Assembly (NCBI RefSeq): GCF_004010195.1
Contig: NC_057750.1
Span: 19,752,117-19,816,116 of the forward strand
From: Chiloscyllium plagiosum
Taxonomy: Eukaryota
Reading direction: 5' to 3'
Length of the DNA: 64,000 nucleotides
Made by a program: the position numbers and the translations under genes. Of this stretch, positions 24,723-37,109 are shown one piece after another. Numbering within the stretch: the first letter of the stretch is position 1; each line of letters starts with the position of its first letter. Under the pieces are notes generated by a model. That model saw nothing but the letters and a program-made list of their open reading frames with translations. It was not told the DNA's origin and ran no database searches.

Positions 24723-25594
24723 ATCCAAATGAATCCAACAAGAACTGGACCAAGCATATGTGGTACTCATAATCTTCTTCATCCTAAGTATACGCATGAT
24801 TTTACTACAACTGCTAAGTATTTCATCAGTAATATTTTCAGCAACATAACACAAAACATCGCAGATAAGAAAAACTGCAGCATATTAACATGCCAAATTT
24901 CCCCTAAAGTAAATGCATTAAAATTCCATCAAATTTGACAATATTGTTATGTATTTGGCTTTAAGGGGTTAACACGTAGGGGGTTCCATACAACAGCCAA
25001 GCAGGGTGAGATCAATAGTTGTGATGTTGAGAAGATATGCTCTTCTTCATTAGGGTAAATAAAACCACAGAAAGTAGACAAAATCAAACACAAAATATTG
25101 CTGAGGAAAGGAGTGAACAAAGACAGAAATGGGAACTATTTAAATGTAAATCTATGATTCGCTCCAGTAATAATATCTAACAATATTCAATATCTAGGAT
25201 CATACCAAAAGAGTACTTTGAAGTATTAAAGGGATTTTCTGCTATCTAGTGATCTCTGAGGCATGAAGTTTCCCTTTCTTGATATGTGCAAGATCAAGAC
25301 AAACACTAGGCATACAGTAACAGTGATATCACCGCAGGGAGTTGGCAGCCAATTACACTGAAGTATTCTCAAACAGCAAATCAGAAAGTAAAATGCAGTA
25401 AAATCTTCTACTCAATTAAAATTTCCACAGAGTAAATACAAATCATCAGTGATACACATGGGATTAAAGTAGCTGAAATATCATAACTTTTTTTTAAATT
25501 TGAAAAAAACATTATTGCCATAATAATGGCAAAAAAGCATCCCAGTGATATAACATTAGATTTCTATGAGTAACTATTGAGTTATTAAAATTAA

Positions 25595-26120
25595 ATTGCA
25601 TTTATATAGTAACTGTTATGGCCACAGAAAGATCCAAAATGCTTTACAGCCAATAAAGTACTTTGGAAGTACAGTCAGTGTTGACACATAGCAGGCAATT
25701 TACATGTAGCAAGCTCCCACAAAAAGAAATGCTGTACTAATTATTGAAAAAATATTGACTATGACACCTGGAACAACTTTCTCATCAGTGGTGAGGTTCT
25801 GGAACCCACGAGTTCAAAGGGTAATACAGGCAAAAACCATAATCACATTAAAACATGCGGTGGAACAGTCAATGGGTTTAGGAATCAAAATTTGGAGAGT
25901 GGGATTAGTGTGACGAGGTATTCATCGACTGGTATGGACATAATGTGCCAGACGACTACCTTCTGTGCATGAAATCTTACTGTGTTTTCTATGTATCTAT
26001 AACTCTTATTAAAAATAGTGCCATTGGCTCTTCTATGTCTACATTAGAGGACAGACAGGCCTTCACTTAGTAGGCTCTCGTCAAAAAGATAGCAGCTTAA
26101 ATCTTCCAACTTCCCTCACT
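25595..26120 (-). mobile_element. Old DeuSINE-like (SacSINE1/AmnSINE-type) remnant within the cargo, interrupted
   Basis: Plus-strand GCTTTACAGCCAAT.AAGTACTTT.GAAGT..AGCAAGCTCCCACAAA and AAATAGTGCCAT.GG.TCTT blocks resemble the reverse complement of the Deu domain as I recall it. Confidence 0.5.
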
Positions 26121-27719
26121 GGATTGGAATGTGTTGCTGGAAAAGCGCAGCAGGTCAGGCAGCATCCAGGGAGGACCAGTTCGGTCAGTCGAAGGAGGGT
26201 GTCGGTGGAAGGGTACTGGGTGGTACGGCGGGAAAGGAAGAAGCGGAGTGCTTTGAGTCCTTCGTGATGGGGGATGGAGGTGTACAGGGACTGGATGTCC
26301 ATGGTGAAGATGAGGCGTTGGGGACCGGGGGAGCGGAAATCCTGGAGGAGGTGGAGGGCGTGGGTGGTGTCACGAACGTAGGTGGGGAGTTCTTGGACTA
26401 ATGGGGACAGGACCGTGTCGAGGTATGCCGAGACTGTCAGACATACCTTTGAAACTATGAAGATGAGTGAGGGACTGAGAGGTCAGAGAAAAACAGAGAA
26501 TGACCCACAGGTAGAGAGTAGAAAGAAAGCTATGATTTTACTCTTTGCCATATCTGCCAACTTCATACTTCTCTGGTTTGGGCATATTTTACTTTTCTTT
26601 AATGTTGATTATACCTTGGATTACACTGCTTTGCAACTCTTTGTACAAATTGCATATATGCTGCGGAACTTAAGTTGCTGCAGAAATGCACTTATTTACG
26701 TGGTGACATAGAAAAAATTCAGATACCAGTTAAAGTATGCAGTGAAATATCCTGTTATAAAAATAATTCAATTGGTGAATACATCCATATAACTGAGACA
26801 CAACATTAAATGCAGCAGATGATGGAATGAGGAATCCAAGTGAGGACTGGAGCGAAAGGAGAAGGAAAAGTGGCAATATGATGACATGATGTGGAGGTGC
26901 CTGTGTTAGACTGGAGTAGACAAAGTTAAAAGAAAATCACACAAAGCCAGGTTATAGTCCAACAGGTCTATTTGGCAACACTAGCTTCTGTAGCACTGCT
27001 CCTTCATCATAAGGCAGAGAATTTATAGCAAAAGAATACAGTGTCATGCCACTGAAATAATAATTGAATAAACCTGGATTATTGTTAAGTCTTTCAACTT
27101 TTAAAATAGGTTGCAGGTTTCGGTTCATTAATATGCAAAATTCAGAACGTCTTCTAGGATTGAACACATTCCAGAAAACATTGATCAAGACTTTTGATCC
27201 AATCCTTCAGAGTTCCATAAGTGCTGTCATCCCACATACTTCTCACGTAAGTGACTTTTACTGCCTTCTGAAGATTCACAAGCCATCACACCTGGATGTC
27301 CCATCGTATCAGGCAATGGGACCCTATGTGACAACTTCTCTGGCTATGTCAAAGGCATCTTGAAACCCATTGTACAGGGGACCCCCAGCTTCTGTCACAA
27401 CACTACAGATTTCTTACAGCAACTCAGCACCCACAGACTAGTCAAACCGAGCATATTCTTCATCATAATAGACGTTTAAACACTGTACACTAACATCCCT
27501 CACAATGACAGCATCTTGGCAACAACCTCAGTACTCAATACCAAAAACTGCCAATCTCCGAGCACCATCCTACAACCATTCCACTTCAACCTCGCCCACA
27601 CATTTTCATCTTTGACAACCAGTTCTTCATCCAGACACACAGAACAGCCATTGGGACCATATTTGCACCCCAATTTGCCAAGATTTTCATGCACAAGTTC
27701 GAAAAAGATTTTGTTGTTG

Positions 27720-28656
27720 TGTTAAAGAAAAGATTTGAGACGACCCAGGGAATTACTTTTTTTTTAGATTAGATTACTTACAGTGTGGAAACAGGCCCTT
27801 CGGCCCAACAAGTCCACAGCGACCCGCCGAAGCGCAACCCACCCATACCCCTACATTTACCCCTTACCTAACTGTACGGGCAATTTAGCATTGCCAATTC
27901 ACCTGACCTGCACATCTTTGGACTGTGGGAGGAAACCCACACAGACACGGGGAGAACGTGCAAACTCCACACAGTCAATCGCCTGAGGCGGGAATTGAAC
28001 CCGGGTCTCAGGTGCTGTGAGGCAGCAGTGCTAACCACTGTGCCACCGTGCCGCCCATAAGAACACAATCTGTAAGCGTCTCTTATGATTAGTCCTGGAG
28101 ATCATACTCTTTGGTGGTCTGGAATAAAAAAAACTCTTAGACAGTTTAGTTAAATTTTAATCATGCCTTTCATTTACTAATAGCAGAACTGTTACAGCAT
28201 AACACTGATACCTATGAATTAAGCTAACTTGATTCTAATAATCCAGGGAGGTAGGAATCGCTCTTCTTGCAAGAGCCCAGGCCAGCGACATCGTTGTATT
28301 ATCACAATCAAACTATCTTTATTCACTACCTTACAATGGCTGTATTGTCACAAACACAAAATTTAACGAAAGCACTGCATGTTCTGAACTAGACAGATAA
28401 TAATTCAGGACAGAAGTTAATTGATACTGAGTTTCGCTCCCCGGTCAGAGTTAAACATTAATTATTAATTTCACAATGGAACAGCCATGAATGTTATCAT
28501 TCGTTGTCTTGTTCATACAGGTTCGCTGATGTTAAGGCAAATGTTCTTATTTACCTTGTCTTTCCTGCCATATCGTTTTCTAATATGCATCAAATGTGTT
28601 ATATAATTCAAAATTACATTTTAGTTTAAACGTTTAAGGACAACATTGAAGGCTAT
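27720..28656 (-). repeat. ERV 3' LTR (contains HE1 SINE at ~27757-28057)
   Basis: Colinear with 37110-37766 (TGTT.AAG...AGATTTGAGACG ... GTTTAAGGACAA..TT.AAGGCTAT). Confidence 0.9.
27757..28057 (-). mobile_element. HE1/V-SINE copy in the ERV 3' LTR
   Basis: Near-identical to 3305-3633; absent from the 5' LTR. Confidence 0.9.
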
Positions 28657-28681
28657 TTAGTCGATTTGTATTCTTGATAAG

Positions 28682-30825
28682 TCAAGCCTCCTCCAGCGAG
28701 TCATCATCCGAAGGAGCAGAATCTGAAAAATACTGGATTTCAGCATGGAAGTTCGGGCAGGGTGGTAGAGAGGTAGACAAGGGTCGATTAACCAGATTCC
28801 TCTTTGGCTTAGGTGAAAAGCAATATACAGTCTATTTCGTGTATAAGCGGATGACAATGTATATTCCTAGGATGAGACCAAGGACTATCAGTGCGTCGCA
28901 CATGATCCATCTGCACAGCGACTACAGTCAGCAAGTAACACTCCATCCACATGAATCTAGCAACAGTGGGGCAGGCATCTTCCCTGTGTCTTTACACATT
29001 TCATTGATAACATCTGTGTTCTTCTAAATATCTTTTGAGAAATCATCGATGTAGGTGCAACATTGCGGGTCAATGACTGAGCAAGTGCCTCCTTCTTTAG
29101 CAAGGACGAAATCTAGCACTAGACCATTCTAAAGTGTCATTATCCGGGCCTCCTCTAACTCTTTGTTCACCAGCTTCAGAACGTAAATGGTTGAGTTGGT
29201 AAAGTTTTCGATGTCATACGCAAGGTCACTTATCTCATCAATGGCCATCTCAATACTCCAGCCAGGAATAAGATCTAACACCAACCTGGACCACCAGGTT
29301 TGTTGATAGAAGAAGTTGTGTAAATCTCGTTTTGTTTTTCCTCTACTTTTGTTCTGTACTGATTCACATGTTGGTGGGCATTCCATTCATCAACTACTTC
29401 AGGTACTTCATGGTGGAGGGTTAAAAGTGGTAAGGTGTTTACTAGGTTACAACGTCCGTACGAGTCATTGGGCAAATATGGGTAGGCTTGGTTTTCGTAT
29501 AGCCAATGAAGGCTAAAAGGAGTTTCAAGGGCGCACTTCTGTGAGGGAATGACTAGTCCACTTAACCCTACTCGAATCCTTTTGCAAGGATGCCTGCCTT
29601 GAAGACGTTTTCCTCCTCTCTCTACAAGATTCTCAGGGAGTCCCTCTCCCACTGCAACTCTCTCCCCACCCCCACCCTCCCCTAGCTTATCTCTCCACGC
29701 TTCAGGCTCTCTGCCTTTATTCCTGATGAAGGGCTTTTGCCCGAAACGTCGATTTTGCTGAAGCTCCTCGATGCTGCCTGAATTGCTGTGCTCTTCCAGC
29801 ACCATTGATCCAGAATCCACTTAGAGCGAGAGCTGAATGTTGTAAACAATGGGTGCTATGAAATGTTTGGTTGTCCAAGTGCATTAATGGATGGAGAGTA
29901 GGAGTACGAACGATGTCATTGATAATATTTTACACAGCTTTTGTTTCACTTGCCCCATATTGTTGGTACTGGAAAGTCTTTCAGTGCACCATTTTAACAG
30001 CAGAACAACGTTAATGTTGAATCCTTCAGGTTTGTTAGTGCACTTCATACAGCGATGAGCTTATTCTTTCGAATGGTTTTTTCCATCACAAATGAGGGAC
30101 TGCATAAGTGGGTGAATCCTATTTACACACTGTACATGAGGATGATAGAAGAGTGAATAGATAACACATGGATCAGGAGGCTTAGCTTGAATAAAGAAAC
30201 TATTAGTAACAGGAGGAGGATTGGGTGTACTTAGTATTTTTGGACTTTCTTCAGTTTTCCAGCTTGTCTTGTTGATTATAGTAGGTACTGAATACAAGAA
30301 ACGTGTGAAAATATTTCTGTCAGTGGTGCTAGGTCAAATAGGAAACGATTCCTTCGATAGTGTACAGATGGTCAGTCTCATTGCAATAGCTGACTTAATG
30401 TTTCGTGATTTTGCTACTATCTGCTCAACATTGCAATCTGTACGGTTCATTTTGAGAGGGGAACAGACATACATTTCAAAAGAACAGTTTTCAGTTGACG
30501 GAGCGGATGACATTATGGAATTGTGCCATCTCATGATGACTGGCATAAGAGTGTTGTGCGGATGACAATAAGGTCAAGAGTGACGTTTGGACGAGCAATG
30601 TGTTTAGTTTAAATGAGTTTCAGCTAGGCAGCTGCATTCATAACTTTCAATTATATTAGTGTAGGTTTCAGTTACACAGTCACATTGGAGTTTTGGCCGG
30701 TCTGACATATCACAGATGTGTTGGTTACCTCTGGATGCATGTACTTGGGTGGGTTTTCATCAGATGCCTGTATCAGTACTAACATTAATACTGTGAGGGA
30801 GATACAAGCGTGAAATGACCTTTGT
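28682..30825 (-). pseudogene. env: ERV env (gamma-type envelope), degenerate
   Basis: Signal-like CISLTVLMLVLIQA near 30770-30810; RGKTKR cleavage site ~29325-29342; L*NGLVLDFVLAKEGGTCSVIDPQCCTYIDD (ISD + CX6CC) ~29045-29134; TM ALIVLGLILGIYIVI ~28850-28895; several stops. Confidence 0.85.
29565..29815 (+). mobile_element. PLE pLTR fragment with hammerhead motif (29722-29752) inserted in env, 8-bp TSD
   Basis: TCCACTTA at 29557-29564 and 29816-29823; CCTGATGAAGGGCTTTTGCCCGAAACGTCGA. Confidence 0.85.
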
Positions 30826-30829
30826 AGAC

Positions 30830-31715
30830 CATATTAGACCATAAGACCATAAGACATAGGAGCGTAAGTAAGGCCATTCGGCCCATCAAGTCCACTCCGC
30901 CATTCAATCATGGCTGATGGGCATTTCAACTCCACGTACCCGCATTCTCCCCGTAGCCCGTAATTCCTTGTGACATCAAGAATTTATCAATTTTGAAGAC
31001 ATTTAGTGACCCAGCCTCCACTGCACTCTGTGGCAATGAATTCCACAGGCACACCACTCTCTGGCTGAAGAAATGTCTCCGCATTTCTGTTCTGAATTTG
31101 CCCCCTCTAATTCTAAGGCTGTGTCCACGGGTCCTAGTCTCCTCACCTAACGGAAACAATTTCCTAGCGTCCACCCTCTCCAAGCCATGTATTATCTTGT
31201 AAGTTTCTATTAGATCTCCCCTTAATCTTCTAAACTCCAATGAATACAATTCCAGGATCCTCTGCCATTCCTCATATGTTAGACCTACCAGTCCAGGGAT
31301 CATCCGTGTGAATCTCCGCTGGACACGCTCCAGTGCCAGTATGTCCTTCCTGAGGTGTGGGGACCAAAATTGGACACAGTACTTCAAATGGGGCCTAACC
31401 AGAGCTTTATAAAGCACAACAGTGCTTTTATATTCCAACCCTCTTGAGATAATTGACAACATTGCATTCGCTTTCTTAATCACGTTAATCACGTGCATGT
31501 TTACCTTTAGAGAATCCTCAACTAGCACTCCCAGATCCCTCTGTACTTTGGCTTTACGAATTTTCTCACTGTTTAGAAAGTAGTTCATGCTTGTATTCTT
31601 TTTTCCAAAGTGCAAGACCTCGCATTTGCTCACATTGAATTCCATCAGCCATTTCCTGGACCACTCTTCCAAACTGTCTAGATCCTTCTGCAGGCTCCCC
31701 ACTTCCTCAGTACTA
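30830..31715 (-). mobile_element. Young HER1/CR1 LINE 3' fragment with open ORF2 C-terminus
   Basis: 258-aa uninterrupted ORF 30926-31702 (LQKDLDSL..W..W.MEFNVSKC..YKALVRPHLKYCVQFWSPHL); (TCTTATGG)n tail; close match at 42338-42712. Confidence 0.95.
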
Positions 31716-32790
31716 CAATTGGATAGACAATTGGCTTGATGGTAGGAAGCAGAGGGTAATAGTGGACGGATGATTGTCAGACTGAAGGCCTGTGACTAGT
31801 GGAGTGCCTCAGGGGCCAGTGCTGGGCCCATTGCTGTTTATTATCTCATCAATGATTTGTTTGATTAGTAAGTTTGCAGATAACACTGAAATGAGCGGTA
31901 TCATGGATTGTGAGGAAGGCTATCAGAAATTGCAGCAGGACCTTGATCAGCTGGGGAAATGGGCCAAGAAATGACAAATAGAATTTAATATAGATAAGTG
32001 GAAGGTCTTGTATTTTGGAAAGTCAAATCAAGGTAGGAGTTTCATGGTGAATGATAGGGACTTATTGGAGCAGAGGGACCTTGGCATTCATATGCACAGT
32101 TCTCTGAATGTGGAGTCACAGTAGACAGGGCAGTGAAGAAATCTTTTGGCACACTGGCCTTCATCAGTCAGAGTATTGAGTATAGAAGTTGGGAAGTTAT
32201 GTTGCAGTTGTACAGAATGTTGGTGATGCCACACTTGAAGTATTGTGTTTAGTTTTGGTCACCTTGCTCTAGGAAGGATGTTATTAAACTGGAAAGCGTT
32301 CAGAAGAAATTTACAAGGAAATTGCCAGGACTCAAGGGTCTGAGTTATAGGGACAGATTGGACAAGCTTGGACATTTTTCTTTCGGGCGTAGGAGACTGA
32401 GGGGGGGAGTCTTATAGAAGTGTATAAGGTCATGAGAGGCATAGATAGGGTGAATGCACTCAGTCTTTTCCCAGGGTTGGGGAATTGAGGACAAGAAGGT
32501 ATCAGTTTAAGGTTATTGGGGAAACAATAAAAGGAAGCCTGAGGGTCAACATTTTTACATGGAGGGTAGTATACATATGGATTGAGCTGCCAGCGGAAGT
32601 GGTTGATTTGGTTACATTAACAATATTTAAAAGGCATTTGGACAAATACATGGACAGGAAAGGTTTAGAAGGATATGGACCAAGTGCAGGGAAATGGAGT
32701 TAGTGTGGACAGACATTTTGGTCAGCATGGACCAGTTTGGGCCAAAATGCCTGTCTCCATGCTGTAGGACTCTATGACTCCATGAGTCTA
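31716..32790 (+). mobile_element. CR1 LINE RT/3' fragment
   Basis: TSGVPQGPVLGPLLF..ISKFADNT..LQQDLDQL.KW. Confidence 0.9.
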
Positions 32791-33140
32791 TGATTGGATC
32801 TTCTATCTGCATCACTGGCTATTTCTCCTCAGCCCAAAGGTGGCACTGACACGATTGGAGACGTCAGACCATGCTGGTATGGCCCAATTCTGCTGGTCCT
32901 CCAGGAAGATATTCCTGCCAGGAAACACAATGCCATCTTACACTTCCCCACCATGTTTTAACTCTGGCCATCCTTGAACAAGGAAACACCCAGATGTACT
33001 GTGCATTTTAAAGATGGCACGGGCACAAGGGATGCTGGTCTTGGGACAGATTTTTACTGAGGGGTGAGTTGTTTCAGGAAAGGCACAAAAGCTGGAGCAG
33101 AAATTTGGTGTGTGAATTGTCGTAGGGCATAGTAGGTAAT

Positions 33141-33850
33141 TCTGCGCCCACACCTCTTCCCTCACCTCCATCCAAGCCCCTAAAGGAGCCTTCCACATCC
33201 ATTAAAGTTTTACCTGCACATCCACCAATATCATTTATTGTATCCGTTGCTCCCTATGTGGTCTCCTCTACATTCGGGAGACTGGACGCCTCCTAGCAGA
33301 GCGCTTTAGGGATCATCTCTGGAACACCCGCACAAATCAACTACACCGCCCTGAGGCCCAACATTTCAACTCCCCCTCCCACTCTGCCGATGACATGGAG
33401 GTCCTGGGCATCCTTCACTGCCGCTCCCTCACCACCAGTCGCCTGGAGGAAGAACGCCTCATCTTCTGCCTCGGAACATTTCAACCCCAGGGCATCAATG
33501 TGGACTTTAACAGTTTCCTCATTTTCCCTTCCCCACCTCACCCCAGTTCCAAACTTCCAGCCCAGCACTTCCAGTTCTACCTGCCTATCTTCTTTCCCAC
33601 CAATCCACTCCACCCTCCCCCCTAACCTATCACCTTCATACCACTTCATACTCTATGCTACTTTCTCCCCACCCCCACCCTCCTCTCATTTATCTCTCCA
33701 CCCTACAGGCTCTCTGCCTGTATTCCTGATGAAGAGCTTTTGCCCGAAATCTCAATTTTCCTGCGCCTTGGATGATGCCTGAACTGCTGTGCTTTTCCAG
33801 CATCATCTAATCTAGACTCTGGTTTCCAGCATCTGCAGTCATTTTTTATT
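33141..33850 (+). mobile_element. PLE family A GIY-YIG endonuclease end plus pLTR
   Basis: FTCTSTNIIYCIRCSLCGLLYIRETGRLLAERFRDH..RLEEERLIFCLGTFQPQGINVDF; degenerate hammerhead at 33725-33750. Confidence 0.9.
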
Positions 33851-34520
33851 TACCTGGTTTCACCTGGTGGACACCTTACTCCTTTCACGGGATTATGTTT
33901 TTGACAAATTAGGCAATTTGCAGTTGCTTGTTTTGCTCTTTCTTGCAGATGGGGATTCCACCAAGTTTGGAGAATTCTGTCCACCATTCTCTCCTTCCTG
34001 ACATGCGTGTGTATATAAACATAATCAACTAGAATAGGGAAAAATGAGTCAGGCAGACATGTCTGTCCGACTGGCGTAACCAAAAGCTTATTTTAACTAT
34101 TTAAATAACAACTATGGTTCATTCATCTTTGTCTTTCCTCATCAGAGGCGCCTGCCTGATGGGTCCATATTTACTTTCGGTCAGGCATGGTCGTGTGTCA
34201 GCAGAGGAAGTATAAGAGTTTTCCTTTGATTTCCTATTCATCATTTGAGTAACCATGTCTTTCTGTTCAAAAGCTGCTTTCTTAGCAGCCGCAAAGGTAG
34301 AAGACAGAGGGTGGTGATGGAGGGTTGTTTTCAGACCGGCGTACATTTAGAGGTAAGCAAGGATACCACAGAATGCGAGGTACAGATTTCTACATTTTGA
34401 TGTGAAGTTATATTAGAGGCAGCCACTACCATAGTATGGATGGTGGAGAGAATCTGGGTGCAGGAAGCCATACCCTGAGCAACAGGGTCAAGCTTAGTAG
34501 AATAAAATGCAACAGGGAGC
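33851..34520 (-). pseudogene. pol: ERV pol remnant: RT connection, RNase H end, integrase zinc-binding domain
   Basis: PVAFYSTKLDPVAQGMASC (~34460-34517); AAAKKAA (~34273-34293); HTH..MVDRILQTWWNPHLQ..ANCLICQKHNP (33850-34083). Confidence 0.8.
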
Positions 34521-34599
34521 CAAAAGGAGCCATGTTGCTGGGAGAGAACAGCTGTCGCACAGGTGTCAAGGATGGAAAAGGGTTTTGTATGGTAAAAGG

Positions 34600-36500
34600 G
34601 GCATCCTGCTGAGGTCCCTGCGGAGGGCGGCCAAGGGGTTGCCAGTTGCTTCTACTCTGGTGATCAACGGAGGGCTGCTTTGGGAAAGGGCAGTTCTTGG
34701 ACCAATGTCCAGGTTGATTACAATTGAATCAAACGTATGATTGTTGGGGGACTCTGGGGGATGGGGGAGTCAGTGAAGAGTAGTGAGAGGATGTATAGGG
34801 AGTAAGGGGCATCATGGATTGCTGAGGAATATACATAGGATGACCCCAAGAACCATTGGGATGTTGTGAATACACAGTACCAATCCTAACATCCTTCCAT
34901 ACTGGATGACAGTATGAGGGTTCCATTTGATAACCTGACTGATTTTGCAGGTGGAAAGGTCTATTTTGAATCCTGGGTTTAGGTTTAGCCCATGTAGTCT
35001 GGGCAAGTTCTGTCTTGATCTTGCCAATGGTAGCCTTACTGTTGGGACCCTTTAGTTCCCAGAAGTAACAAACCTCTCGGCTGAATTGTGCAACCTCAGC
35101 ATCTTGCCAGTGGATGTTGTGGGTTTTAATTGCTTTCTGTACCTGATCAGGTAAGACAGTCATACACAGGGCATTAAACTGGGGTGATCACCCTTGTGGG
35201 TAGTTAGCGTCACCAGAGTAAGTGCCATAGCATTCCTCAAAATAGGTAAGGAACTCCTCAGCCCCTTCGCCCAATACTTTACCCACATCAACTGCATGAT
35301 GCACTGCTAGGTGCAGACAGGTAATAATCCAATCTGATGGTTAGGTTTGGCCTGGTGCCGGACTACAAGCTGGGTGTGATTATTACCTTGCAAAATTTCT
35401 AAGAACTCAGCCCATTTTTCAGGGCTCCTAGTCCTATGAATGTAATTAACAAATCCCTCAGGATTCTTTCCATTATCTGGAGCCTTATTGATAATGCTTG
35501 AGAGTTCATGAGGTTTCCATGGTTGATAAAGATCCACAAATTGGGTTTGTCCCGGATTCAGGGCCTGTGGTATAGGAACTCTTCTATTCAGGAAATTTCG
35601 CTTTGGCACTTCCCCATCAGGGTGAGTGCAAGGACTGATATTAAGATCTCGAAAATTTGATTGAAGATTTGAAATGTCTTTGGATTTATTAGTATGGGGC
35701 AGTGGAAATCAAAGGATTTCCTTCAGTGTTCCCTCCACATTTTAATTTTAATTGACTCCTAGTGCGGTGGGCTACTGGTTCGTGGTAAGCTGAATCAGTA
35801 TTTAGTTGAACACAGATGTGTTCCTCCTCCTCTAACCTAATAATAACATCTGTTGTGGCAAGCAGGTAAGTGCTGAATTTTGCTTGTATTATTTAGACAC
35901 AGTTTTTGTTTAAACAGTTAGCTTTAGAGGTATGTTCTATGTTCTATGAACAGTTGGGGGAAGGGCATGGGCCTTGGCACATTTGTCATCAGAGTAGGGA
36001 GGGGAGTTCAGGCGACTTTTTGTTTTATGAAGTGTGTTTGCCTTGACCGTACTGTTGGTGAGTTTTGACAGGGGAATTGAAGGAGGTCGGGTCACAGGAC
36101 GGAAGGCATAAAAATTTCCTCCTCCGATTCAGTGTCCCATTTCTCATTCGCAGATGGATCAGGATTCTTTAGTAATTGATCTTTGGGAGAGAAAAGGGTG
36201 TGGTATAAGGAACAGTCTTTGTCCTTTTTTTAATTTTCTCCCTAGCCAATTCCAATTCTGTTTCTAAATCATGCGCTTCACATTTGCATTTTAGTTCTGT
36301 CCAATTTAGTTCAGATCCTTCCTCAGTTAATGGACTAATACTCCATTTAATACAGTTTTGTCTCCATGAAGATTGCATGGACTTTTCCAATTTTTCCTTA
36401 GCAACCTTTTCCCACACTAATATGGCTTCTTTCTGCTTACTTCCATTTCTTTTTTCCCAAGTCTTTTGTCAATTTTAATGAGTAGATTTTTATCATGTGT
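34600..36500 (-). pseudogene. gag: ERV gag, degenerate
   Basis: Capsid-like YQPWKPHELSSIINKAPD..KNPEGF (35307-35609); *FNCNQPGHWSKNCP zinc knuckle at ~34687-34731 with the first Cys codon mutated to TGA. Confidence 0.75.
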
Positions 36501-37087
36501 TCCCCTTGAGGCCAATCCTTATTCTGTTGAGCACTGCGGTTGATTTTTCTTATCTAAGGTCGTACCCATATTTATCCTACTTACTTTACACCTTCACAAA
36601 CTACTGGTCTACAGGGGCTCCAACCCCAATTACAACAGGGGCTCCAACCCCACAAAACACAAAACACCAAAACAAAACAGAAACATTCGCTCACCAACAA
36701 GCAAATGTGCATCCAAACTGAATTTCCAAGGGATAAGATTTCTGCAAGCTGCAGGGATGAATCTCTGTCTGTATGTCTCACTCGCTTATTCCCTCTGTCT
36801 CTCTCGCACACACACCTGAACATTTTACAAGATAACAAGACTAATTATTTCTGCAAAACATTCTTGACATTCTAAAACACTGACAGTTTCTGATTTTAGT
36901 ACCTATTTAAACAATCTCATTTCGGGTTCTGTCAGGGTACTGTGACAGTGAAATGGGGGAAGTATCACAAAGATGCACACAGAGAGCAATCAAGGTATAA
37001 CCTTACCTTGTGGGCCCATTGGTCTCGAGTCTGACCCTTAAGTGAAACTCCTCTTTTCCAGTTTCACTCAAACGTATATCTTGTTGG

Positions 37088-37106
37088 AACCCAGCTCACA
37101 GCGCCA
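37088..37106 (-). promoter_or_regulatory. ERV primer-binding site, tRNA-Ser(CGA)-like
   Basis: Minus TGGCGCTGTGAGCTGGGTT, 3 nt after LTR terminal CA; complementary to the vertebrate tRNA-Ser(CGA) 3' end ..AATCCTGCTCACAGCGCCA (recalled) with 2 mismatches. Confidence 0.75.
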
Positions 37107-37109
37107 AAT

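Larger units (their letters stand above)
24285..26431 (-). mobile_element. Composite PLE-associated insertion (pLTR hairpin + ~1.4 kb cargo + RT fragment) with 9-bp TSD
   Basis: GACTGTCAG at 24276-24284 and 26432-26440; GPCR reading frame resumes across it; RT peptide MDIQSLYTSIPHHEGLKALRFFL at 26173-26302. Confidence 0.85.
23759..26792 (+). pseudogene. GPR139/GPR142-like class-A GPCR pseudogene, main coding exon split by an insertion (23759-24284 and 26441-26792)
   Basis: Polypyrimidine+CAG acceptor at 23735-23758; VSLVVIVILARGKCGLSTCSTRYLAASDLLF..DCSVWFTVAFSIDRFVAICFQQMKTKYCTEKTA..LTPLLPF..NGLTVR / HTF..DPQVESRKKAMILLFAISANFILLW..LSCCRNALIYVVT; in-frame TAG at 23899-23901 and 26709-26711. 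Confidence 0.9.

Noticed and set aside
28682..30825. env as a possible domesticated (syncytin-like) gene
   Set aside because: Multiple stops, frameshifts and a PLE insertion; no open frame.
36611..36652. 18-bp direct repeat ACAGGGGCTCCAACCCCA in the ERV leader
   Set aside because: Small local duplication; no evidence of function from a single copy.
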